NCBI GenBank assembly: GCA_049510745.1
Contig: JBEKYR010000002.1
Coordinates: forward strand, 218,924 to 282,923
Source: Verrucomicrobiota bacterium
Lineage (GTDB): Bacteria > Verrucomicrobiota > Verrucomicrobiia > Limisphaerales > Palsa-1400
Reading direction: 5' to 3'
Length of the DNA stretch: 64,000 bases
This document shows positions 31,199-39,900 of the stretch, piece by piece. The notes below the pieces were generated by a model that did no database searches, was not told the DNA's origin, and saw nothing but the letters and a program-made list of their open reading frames with translations. Numbering within the stretch: position 1 is the stretch's first letter; every line of letters begins with the position of its first letter. Position numbers and translations under genes: made by a program.

Positions 31199-32779
31199 CT
31201 ACGGGCGCGCCCAGTAGCGGTAATTGACGTTGGGGAAAATGTTGTCCATTTGCTCGATTTGACTGAGCCAGGGGGCGTCGATTTTTTTCGCGCTCAACTG
31301 CTCGTAGAGGGAGAGAAAACGCGAGAGATGCTCTTTGACGCGGCGGGCGGCGTAGTCGGGACTGGTGCCGGAGCGGAGAATGAAGGGCCAGTCGCTGGAT
31401 TGGGCCAGGAGCAGCTCGCGGGCGGCTTGTTTGAGAGCGCGTTCCTGCACGCCCTTGACGCCGGAAAACCGCTCCGCCAGGGCCGTCATGCGCGATTGGG
31501 CGATGCGGAGGTGGGGATAAATCCATTCGTTGGTTTCGTTGAGCCAGACGCGCCAAAAGCCTTCCTCGCCCCAGCTTGAAGCGGCGGGCATGGCCACTTG
31601 CTGGGTCGGGTAGCGGCGGAGATATTCGCCGGGCGTGATGAAAGTGAAGGCCTGCTGGTCGTAATAGGCCTTGCGGATGAAGAAATTCAAAAACTCCGGG
31701 CCTTCATACCACCAATGGCCGAAAAGCTCGGCGTCGTAAGGCGAGAGCACCAGCGGCGGGCGGTCGAGAATGGCTCCGAGCTTGGCGATTTGTTCAACGC
31801 GCGCCCGCAGGAAGTGGCCGGCGTGTTCATCGGCGGCGCGCACGGCGGCGTCCCGGTCGTAAATTTGCTTGTCAAAGGTGTCCCCGGTGATGCGGTGGTA
31901 TTTGATGCCGGTAAAACCGCGCGCGTCGGGCGCGGGTAAAAAAGGTTTGACGTAGTCAAAATCCAGGTCGAACCCGATGTCGCGGTAAAAATCGCGGTAG
32001 CGGGGGTCGCCGGGGTAGCCTTGTTGCGTGCTCCAGACCTGGCGGGCGGAATCGAAGTCCCGTCCAAAGGCGGCCACGCCGTTGGGGGTGAAAACCGGGG
32101 CGAAAACCCCGTAACGCGGGCGCGGCCGGGCGTGCAGCAGGCCGTGCATCTCGGTGACAAACCAGCGGATGTTGGCTTCCTGGAGAGGTTTTTCGATGCC
32201 TTCGATGAAGGCGCATTCCGGCAGCCAGATGCCGCGCGGGTCGCGTCCGAAACACTCGCGGTGGTAGTCGCGGGCGACGAAAATCTGCGCGCGCAGGGAG
32301 GGGGGATCGTCGGCCAGCAAAGGCAGCAGGGCGTGCGTGGCGGCGCAGGTGGCGATTTCCAGCAAGCCGTTGTCCTGGAACTTGCGGAAGGCGCCGACGA
32401 GATTGCGCCCGTAGTCAAAATAAGTTTCCCGGATCCCGGAGAAGCGATGATGATACATCCAGGCCAGCGCGCGATAGGCGGGGTCCCAATGCGTGCGGTG
32501 GATTTCGTTTTCCGCCAACTGGATCAGGCCGTCCAGATGCCGGACGTAGCGCTCCTGCAACATGGGGTCCAGCAGCATCGCGCAGAGGGGCGGGGACATG
32601 GACATGGTCAGGCGCGTCTTCATCCCGTCGTTTTGCCAGCCCTCCATAAATTGGAGCAGAGGGACGTAGGTTTCGGTGATGGCTTCGAAGAGCCAGTTTT
32701 CCTCGAGAAACTTTTCGTGCTCGGGATGCCGGACAAACGGCAGGTGAGCGTGCAACATCAAAGCGAAATGGCCTTGCAT
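31199..32779 (-). CDS. GH57 1,4-alpha-glucan branching enzyme (DUF1957)
   Basis: LHAHLPFVRHP, WLFEAITETY, GIWLPEC, PYDAELFGHWWYEG, LLAQSSDWPF. Confidence 0.92.
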   Translation of the reverse strand: MQGHFALMLHAHLPFVRHPEHEKFLEENWLFEAITETYVPLLQFMEGWQNDGMKTRLTMSMSPPLCAMLLDPMLQERYVRHLDGLIQLAENEIHRTHWDPAYRALAWMYHHRFSGIRETYFDYGRNLVGAFRKFQDNGLLEIATCAATHALLPLLADDPPSLRAQIFVARDYHRECFGRDPRGIWLPECAFIEGIEKPLQEANIRWFVTEMHGLLHARPRPRYGVFAPVFTPNGVAAFGRDFDSARQVWSTQQGYPGDPRYRDFYRDIGFDLDFDYVKPFLPAPDARGFTGIKYHRITGDTFDKQIYDRDAAVRAADEHAGHFLRARVEQIAKLGAILDRPPLVLSPYDAELFGHWWYEGPEFLNFFIRKAYYDQQAFTFITPGEYLRRYPTQQVAMPAASSWGEEGFWRVWLNETNEWIYPHLRIAQSRMTALAERFSGVKGVQERALKQAARELLLAQSSDWPFILRSGTSPDYAARRVKEHLSRFLSLYEQLSAKKIDAPWLSQIEQMDNIFPNVNYRYWARP

Positions 32780-32785
32780 GGGGAA

Positions 32786-33013
32786 TTAATCCAGGTCCTT
32801 GGTAAAATGTTCCGCGATGGCCCGGCTTTTCCAAAAAAGAGCCGCGCCGGCCAGGAAGGGGAGGGCCTTGAGCGCCAGCACCAAAAACCCGTTGGCGGGA
32901 CGATGCGATAAATACAAATAAACATCGTTGGCGTAGAGTCCCAAGCTTACCAACATGCAACCCAAAGCCAGCAACCGGAACGCCGCAAGGACAGCTTTGG
33001 TGTAGGGACTCAT
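32786..33013 (-). CDS. Small two-TM membrane protein
   Basis: Two hydrophobic segments; lies between DUF4912 and GH57 on the same strand. Confidence 0.6.
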   Translation of the reverse strand: MSPYTKAVLAAFRLLALGCMLVSLGLYANDVYLYLSHRPANGFLVLALKALPFLAGAALFWKSRAIAEHFTKDLD

Positions 33014-33026
33014 CTCGAAAGCGGCC

Positions 33027-33054
33027 AAAAAAAGGGCAGGCCGAGGCCTGCCCC
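33027..33054 (-). terminator. Rho-independent terminator after the DUF4912 gene
   Basis: Minus strand GGGCAGGCC-TC-GGCCTGCCC followed by T7. Confidence 0.75.
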
Positions 33055-33062
33055 GATCGCAT

Positions 33063-34412
33063 TCATGTCACCGCGCTGACCAGCGGCGGCTTCAAATTCT
33101 TATCCTGCGGATGCGCGCCAACGTCCCCCTCATAGCGGGTGCTCCGGCTGAACTTCAGCCCGGCCCGGCGCGTTTCCTCGCCGTCCGCGGAATGCGCCGC
33201 GGCCGGCAGGGCATAATCGCCATCGGGCAGCGCGAAGCGGAAGCTGAAGGAGCCGTCGGGGCGGAGTTTGATTTTCCGGTCGCCGATGGTCACGGTGGCG
33301 TCCGGTTCGGTCGCGCCGTAAATGATCAATTCGGCGTTGACGTTGAACCAGAAACCGCGGCGGCGCTCACGTCCGCCGAAGGGGCTGGAGACGCTGGAGA
33401 CGGCGCCCAAGGCAGACGAGGGAAGACTGAACAGGCCGACGCCGGCGGAGGAGACTTGCTGTTGCAATTGGCGGCGGATCAATTCGGTGATTTCCAGCGA
33501 GCCGATCCAGACGCGCCGCACCTGGTCCATGGAGACGATTTCCCCCAGGGCTTTCTCCTGGGCGGGAGTCCACCGGCTCTTGACCTGTTCGGGGGTCGGG
33601 AGATTTTTAAAGCCTTGCGCCCGCATCTGTTGCAAGGCTTCGACCAACGGCACGTGTTCGCTCAAAGCGACTTTCACCATCGCCAGCAGTTCCGCGAAGG
33701 ACACCTCCGGCGGAATGGTGGCAAAGCGAACCGACGTATCGTCCGAGAGGCTGTCCGGCGGGGTGAACGTGGCGCCGGAGCGGGTGAGGCTGACCCATTG
33801 GCGGCCGGCAGCGAAGTAGCCGAGATCGGCGAGGTATTTGGCGCTGGCATGGGGCACCGGAACGAACCAATTGCGCGATTCGGGATGGAGATGAATCTGC
33901 GCCAGAGGCTCGCCGCCCAGCGCGCCGCGATAGACGCGCAGAATCAAATGGCCATCGACGGAGAGGGAATTGTGCTTCTTGATCTGCTCCCGGGTCATGT
34001 CCCAATGCGCATAAAGCCAGTGCGGATCGCGGGCCGTCAGGAAAAGTTGCTGGGTGCCGTAGGCTTCGGGCAATTCGACGTTCGCCTGGAGGGCGGGCGG
34101 GGTCTGGGCTTTCGGGCCGAGAGCGTAGCGTTGGCCGGGACCGCTTGGGACAGGGGCAGCCGGGGCGTCGCCTTCCAGAAGAATGGGCGGAATCTTCACG
34201 GCGGTGGAGGGCGCGGCTCGTTCGGCTTTGGGGGCGGCGGCGGGAATGGGCGCGGGCGCGGTCGCTGTGGTTTTGGCGACTGGCGCGGCGGGGTGCGGGG
34301 TGGAGGTCGAGGCCGCAGCGGTTTTGGAATGGGGCGTGGCGGTGGCGCTGGATTTGGCGGTTTTGCGCGCGGGTTTCCGCGGGCTGTCAGAATTTCTCGG
34401 TTTCATAGGCAT
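33063..34412 (-). CDS. DUF4912-domain protein
   Basis: ELPEAYG...LTARDPHWLYAHWD; C-terminal FWFNVNAELIIYGATEPDA...LRPDGSF; Ala/Pro-rich N-terminus. Confidence 0.85.
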   Translation of the reverse strand: MPMKPRNSDSPRKPARKTAKSSATATPHSKTAAASTSTPHPAAPVAKTTATAPAPIPAAAPKAERAAPSTAVKIPPILLEGDAPAAPVPSGPGQRYALGPKAQTPPALQANVELPEAYGTQQLFLTARDPHWLYAHWDMTREQIKKHNSLSVDGHLILRVYRGALGGEPLAQIHLHPESRNWFVPVPHASAKYLADLGYFAAGRQWVSLTRSGATFTPPDSLSDDTSVRFATIPPEVSFAELLAMVKVALSEHVPLVEALQQMRAQGFKNLPTPEQVKSRWTPAQEKALGEIVSMDQVRRVWIGSLEITELIRRQLQQQVSSAGVGLFSLPSSALGAVSSVSSPFGGRERRRGFWFNVNAELIIYGATEPDATVTIGDRKIKLRPDGSFSFRFALPDGDYALPAAAHSADGEETRRAGLKFSRSTRYEGDVGAHPQDKNLKPPLVSAVT

Positions 34413-34569
34413 ACACGTGCGAAAGGCAGAACAATCTTTCCAACGGCAACTATGGCCGACGCATCCCCCCGGCGCAAATAGAAAAAGGGGGTGATATTGA
34501 GAAACCGTTTAAAACTCAGCGCATTGACGGCGGGGATCCTCCCGCAGAAAACCTTTAGCTGAAAATGAA

Positions 34570-34606
34570 CCGGGGGTTTCGCCCGCGCAACGGACAAAAC
34601 CCCCGG
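34570..34606. terminator. Hairpin downstream of the VPDSG-CTERM gene
   Basis: CCGGGGGTTT...AAACCCCCGG. Confidence 0.5.
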
Positions 34607-34647
34607 CTGTAATCTTACATCCTTTCAGGATGCGCCAAAATCAGGAT

Positions 34648-35313
34648 TTAGACCAACTTCCTGCGCAAGAAGCCCAGGCCCAGAGAGGCCATTCCAATCA
34701 ACCAGCAGGTCGAACTGGCATCAGGCGCCGAACCGGCCGAACCGAGGGTGACATCCGTTATACCAGGGAGGGCTCCTCCCCTACCGTTGTCCACAATGAT
34801 CTCGAAACCGGTGAAATACTCGCCGGGTGAAGCGGTATAGCCCTCAAACTGAAGCTGCCCTTTACCGGAGTCGGCGATAGTCAGGCTCGGATAAACGTAA
34901 GTGCCGAGGTCCGTCGTTATATCAATGGTGATCGTGCTCGAACCCCAAAAGGAGGAATTGCCAATCAGGAAGCCGAACGCGCTATATTGAGGACCGGTGG
35001 CGATAGAGCCAACGATGGGCGTCCAATAATTATCGCCAATGAGTGGCTCGGTCGTCGTGTATGGCGTCTCATCTCCCCAAGTCAGGTTTTGTTCGGAGTT
35101 GTAAGTTACATCGCCCCGGGTGAACGGGTTGCCAGGCCATCCAAAACCCGTCCCGAAATCGTCAAAAAACGAATCGTAGGCGATAGTTGTCGAAGCATCA
35201 AAGGCCGCTTCGTTTCCTGTGTTGCTCACGGCGGCCTGAACCGCAACGGTTGCGCTGGCCAAGCCAAAGACGACCATCGCTGTTTTGATTCTAATCAGTT
35301 TGTTCATATACAC
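34648..35313 (-). CDS. VPDSG-CTERM-type exosortase substrate
   Basis: Signal peptide; C-terminal APDASST + hydrophobic helix + RRK. Confidence 0.85.
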   Translation of the reverse strand: MYMNKLIRIKTAMVVFGLASATVAVQAAVSNTGNEAAFDASTTIAYDSFFDDFGTGFGWPGNPFTRGDVTYNSEQNLTWGDETPYTTTEPLIGDNYWTPIVGSIATGPQYSAFGFLIGNSSFWGSSTITIDITTDLGTYVYPSLTIADSGKGQLQFEGYTASPGEYFTGFEIIVDNGRGGALPGITDVTLGSAGSAPDASSTCWLIGMASLGLGFLRRKLV

Positions 35314-35381
35314 ACTCGGTTTTTTTGAATTTAGTCTAGATCATACTGCACTGCCTTTTTATAAGGCAACCTTCTTATCGC

Positions 35382-35397
35382 AGCAGTCTGGGTGCCA
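35382..35397 (-). promoter_or_regulatory. sigma54 -24/-12 promoter
   Basis: Minus strand TGGCACCCAGACTGCT (GG-N10-GC), about 70 nt upstream of the VPDSG gene. Confidence 0.7.
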
Positions 35398-35437
35398 TAG
35401 TTTCGTCTTTTACGAATTCAATACTTAACATATTACA

Positions 35438-35450
35438 AATCAACATGTTG
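35438..35450 (+). promoter_or_regulatory. IHF-like site
   Basis: AATCAACATGTTG matches WATCAANNNNTTR. Confidence 0.5.
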
Positions 35451-35778
35451 CGATTACATAAACCCGAATAAATAGAGGGTGATAATTGCCCCAAACGCAA
35501 AGAAAGCCGACAACTCTTTGCGATAGAGGGCCGGGAGTGGGTTCCAAATAATGCCTAATTAGTTGACAATAAGCGGCTTGAAAATGGTTCGCCCTCTTTA
35601 TTCGTTAAATCGTAAAGAAACCCGGCACTTTACAGGCAAACTGAAACTGGGAGCGGCTTTTCCGGGCAATTGTGTCGTTGCCGCCGGCCTCGGCGAAGAA
35701 AACGCAAGGCGTTTCTCAAGACGCTGACGGACCCTTCGCTTCCAGCCAAACCGGCGAAGCCCCTGGCGCATAACCGAA

Positions 35779-36546
35779 TCACATGCCCATTATCTGATAG
35801 CCGCAATCCACGTAGAGGACCTGGCCGGTGATGGCGGCGGCGCCGTCGCTGGCCAGAAACGTGCCGGCGGCGCCCAGTTCGTCGGGAAGGACGTTTCGCT
35901 TCAGCGGCGCGTGCGCCTCGTAATGCTTGAGCATGTCGGAGAAGCCGGCGATGCCGCGGGCGGCCAGGGTGTTGACCGGGCCGGCGCTGATGCAGTTGAC
36001 GCGGATTTTTTTCGGCCCAAGGTCGTAAGCCAGATAGCGGGTGCCGGCTTCCAGAGCGGCTTTGGCCACGCCCATGACGTTGTAATGCGGCACGACTTTT
36101 TCCGAGCCGTAATAGGTCATGGAGAGAATGCTGCCGCCGTCGGTCATCAGGGGCGCGGCGGCGCGGGCCAGGGCGACCAGGGAATAGGCGCTGACGTCGA
36201 GGGCGACGCGAAACGCGTCGCGCGTAGTATTGACGAACGTGCCTTCCAGGGCTTCGCGCGGCGCGAAGGCGACGGAATGGAGCAACAAATGGAGTTGGCC
36301 GAATTTCCCGCCAACCTCGGCGAAGACGCGCGCGATGTCCTCGTCCCGGGTCACGTCGCAGGGGAGGATGAGGGTGTCCGGGCCGAAGGCGGCGAGTTCC
36401 TCGACGTTTTCCTTGAGGCGTTCGCCCTGGTAGGTGAAGGCGAGCGTGGCGCCGGCGTTGCGCCAGGCCTGCGCGATGGCCCAGGCGATGGAACGTTTGT
36501 TGGCGACGCCGAAAACCAAACCGATCTTTCCAGCAAGCAATGACAT
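35779..36546 (-). CDS. fabI: Enoyl-ACP reductase
   Basis: GVANKRSIAW, HSVAFAP, YNVMGVAKAALE, ISAGPV.TLAA. Confidence 0.95.
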   Translation of the reverse strand: MSLLAGKIGLVFGVANKRSIAWAIAQAWRNAGATLAFTYQGERLKENVEELAAFGPDTLILPCDVTRDEDIARVFAEVGGKFGQLHLLLHSVAFAPREALEGTFVNTTRDAFRVALDVSAYSLVALARAAAPLMTDGGSILSMTYYGSEKVVPHYNVMGVAKAALEAGTRYLAYDLGPKKIRVNCISAGPVNTLAARGIAGFSDMLKHYEAHAPLKRNVLPDELGAAGTFLASDGAAAITGQVLYVDCGYQIMGM

Positions 36547-36630
36547 GATGGTTACGAGTTAAAGTTGTTAGTTATTGGCGTAAGGGCGGCGATACCCTCA
36601 GCGAATAGAATCCAGAGCCGAAGAACCGAC

Positions 36631-36831
36631 TCACTTCCCTTCCCGGAAGCGGCGCCCGCTCGCCTCATCTTCCGCGAGCCAGCCCTGGATTTCTTCGTCG
36701 GTAAATTGGCGGGGCACGGGCAACTCCGCGTCAGCCACTGGAACGACGCGGAGCAGGAAGCGCAGCAACTGCTGCTGCTCTTCGGAGGGCAATTTCACCG
36801 CCGCCTGCTCAATGTCCATCAACTTGCTCAT
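36631..36831 (-). CDS. Small protein, addiction-module/antitoxin-like
   Basis: MSKLMDIEQAAVKLPSEEQQQLLRFL...EEIQGW; acidic C-terminus. Confidence 0.55.
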   Translation of the reverse strand: MSKLMDIEQAAVKLPSEEQQQLLRFLLRVVPVADAELPVPRQFTDEEIQGWLAEDEASGRRFREGK

Positions 36832-36932
36832 CCGTTTTATAGTGCCTGAACCCGCAGTGATTGGCAAGCGTCGGCGGTCCACTTCCCAAATCCCTCATTG
36901 TCCCGGCGGCGCGGTTCTGCTACCTTAATGCT

Positions 36933-39900
36933 GTGAAATTTCGTCTGGCGTGTGTCCGGTTGCGCAATCTGCTCTTGGCGGCGTTTCTTTCCCTTTGCCA
37001 GCTCGCACACGCTCAGGAGAAACATCTCCGCCTGCGCAATGAACTCATCACCACGCGGGCGGGCGAAAAGGCGGCGGCTTCGATGGAGGGCCAGACGACC
37101 AACACCACCGGACTTTTTCTCGTCCAATTCGAGGGGCATCCGTTGCCGGGCCAACGGGCGGAGTTGCAGGCCCTGGGAGTTGATTTGCTCAAATACGTGC
37201 CGGACGACGGCTTCATCGCCCGTTTTACCAATGCCTCGCCCAGTCAGGCGCGGGCCTTAGGCTTTATTCGCTGGGTCGGGCCGTATCGGGCGGCGCACAA
37301 AATCCACGCCCGGCTCACCGCCGCGGTGCAACGGACCAACAGCCCGGTCGCCGTCACGATTCTGCTCTCGCCGCGGGCCACGCCGGCGGAAATTGCCCAA
37401 GTCCGCGGCTTGCTGGCGTCCGTGGCGCACGAAAGCCATCTGCGCCAGGGCGTCATCGTGCGCGGCGTTCTGCCGCCTGCGGCCTTGCCAACGCTGGCGG
37501 ACCTGTCCGCCGTGCTGTGGATCGAGCCGGCGCCGCACCGCAAACTCATCGACGAAGCGGCCTCAAAACTGGTGGGCGGCGACGACGGCCAGGTCGCCAC
37601 GCCGACGGTGACCGAGCAACTCGGCTTCGGCGGCCAGGGCGTGACGGTTTGCGTGGCAGACACCGGATTGGACACCGGCGACACGAATACGATGCACCCC
37701 GATGTGCGGGGCCGGGTGAGCGGGTTCCAGTTTTACCCGCCGCTGACCGATGGCTCGGACGGCTACGGACACGGAACGCATTGCGCGGGCATCGTGGCGG
37801 GCAACGCGGCCACCGGGGAGACGGACCCCGATACCGGGGCGTGGTACGGACTGGGCGTGGCCAATCAGGCGAATCTTTTTATCGAACGCATCTTTGACGA
37901 AAACGCCAACGAAGTCAGCCCGGCGCCGAGCGATGAAACGCTGGCGCGCGACGGGGTGCGCAACGGCGCGCAGATCGGCGCCAATAGCTGGGGCAACGAC
38001 GTTCAGGGCGCCTACGACACCGACGCGGCGCAATTCGATGAATTGGTGCGGGACGCCGACCCGGTGACGCCCGGCGACCAGCCTTACATCCTGGAATTCT
38101 CGGCGGGCAACGCCGGTCCCGACTCGCAAACGCTCGACAGCCCCGCCAGCGGCAAGAACGTCATCGCCACCGGCGCGTCGGAAAATGTGCCGGGACTCTA
38201 TGCTGAGATTTACGGCTTGTACGCGGACGGACCGGATACAATGGCCGATTTCTCCAGCCGCGGCCCGTGCGAGGACGGACGCATCAAGCCGGACGTGGTC
38301 GCGCCCGGAACGTGGATCGCGTCCATGGCGTCGTCGGCCGCGCCCAATGAGGCCGCCATCGCCTGGATGGTGATCGACAATTATTACGTCTATATGGGCG
38401 GCACCAGCATGTCCGGCCCGGCGGCGGCGGGCGGGGCGGCGGCTTTTGTGCAGTATTACAAAAGCACGCATGGCGGCGCGGTGCCGTCACCGGCACTGGT
38501 CAAGGCGGCGTTGATCAATTCGGCGGAGGAATTGGATGAATCCAACGGCGGGCCGGGACCGATCCCGAATTCTGACGAGGGCTGGGGCCGGGTGACGTTG
38601 ACCAATCTCATCGGCTCGCAACGCAATTACCAGTACGTCGATCAAACCGTCCTGCTCACCAACGGGCAGGTTTATCAGCAACACACCTTTGTCGGAACTT
38701 CCAACCAGCCGCTGAAAATCACGCTGGCCTACACGGATGTCGCGGGCTTTCCCGGCGCGATTCCGGCGCTGGTCAACGATTTGAATCTGGTGGTCGTCGG
38801 GCCGGACGGCACGGTCTATCGGGGCAACCAATTCACCGCCGGGGAATCCACGCCCAACGCGACGGCGTCCGACCACCTCAACAACGTCGAGGCGGTGCAT
38901 CTGGCCCAACCGCTGCCGGGCAACTACCTCATCGAGGTCGTTGCGGCCAGCGTCGTCGAAGACGCGCGGCTGGATACCGCCGCCATCGACCAGGACTTCG
39001 CGCTCGTTGTGTCCGGGCCGCTGCTGGGGGCCAACCAGGGCGCCATTTTGCTGGACCGCACCAATTACACCGCGCCGGGCACGATTCATTTGCAGGTGCT
39101 CGATGCCGGGCGCGCCGCCAGCAATTCGGTCAGCGTCTTGCTCAAGAGCACGACCGAACCGGCGGGAGAAACCATCGTGCTCCGCCCGGCCGGCGGCTAT
39201 GGCGCCTTCACCAACGCCGTCACCACGCTCGTCGGCAATGCCGCGCCGGACGGCAAGCTGGAGATTCACAACGGCGACGCCATCGAGGCGGATTACGTCG
39301 ATTCCGGGGGCGTGACGCAAAGGGCCACAGCCACGGCCGTGCTGAACCCGCCGGTGATCAGCGGCGTCAATTCGAGCGTCGATTTGGGGGTCATGGACAT
39401 CACCTGGGTGACGAGCGAAGCGGCCACGTCGGTGGTTTATTACGGAACCAACCAGCAGTCCCTGAACCTGGTGGCGTCGGACTCAACCCTGACCACCAAT
39501 CATGCCATCGAATTTGGCAATTTGGCGGCCGGGGCGACTTACTATTTTATGGTGATTTCGACCGATGACGCCGGCAACGGCGCGACCAACAACAACGGGG
39601 GCGCCTTTTACCATTTCGTGGCCGTTCGCACCCCGGCCGTGCTGCTGGTCGATGCGTATGAAACGGCGGACGGATCGCCGGTGATTGACGACGGCGCCTA
39701 CACCAGCGCCTTGGCGGCGACGGGCTTTGGCTTCGCGCATTGGAAGGTGCTCGAACGCGGCGCGCCCGTCCTGTCCGATTTGCAGCCCTACCGGGTGGTG
39801 ATCTGGCGGACGACCGACGACATCATCAATTACACTGGCACCAATAACACGCTGACCGCGCCGCAACAGGCGATGATCCAGACTTACTTGAACAATGGCG

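Noticed and set aside
35709..35741. AFLKTLTDP peptide resembling a cytochrome c peroxidase C-terminus
   Set aside because: Too short to distinguish from chance.
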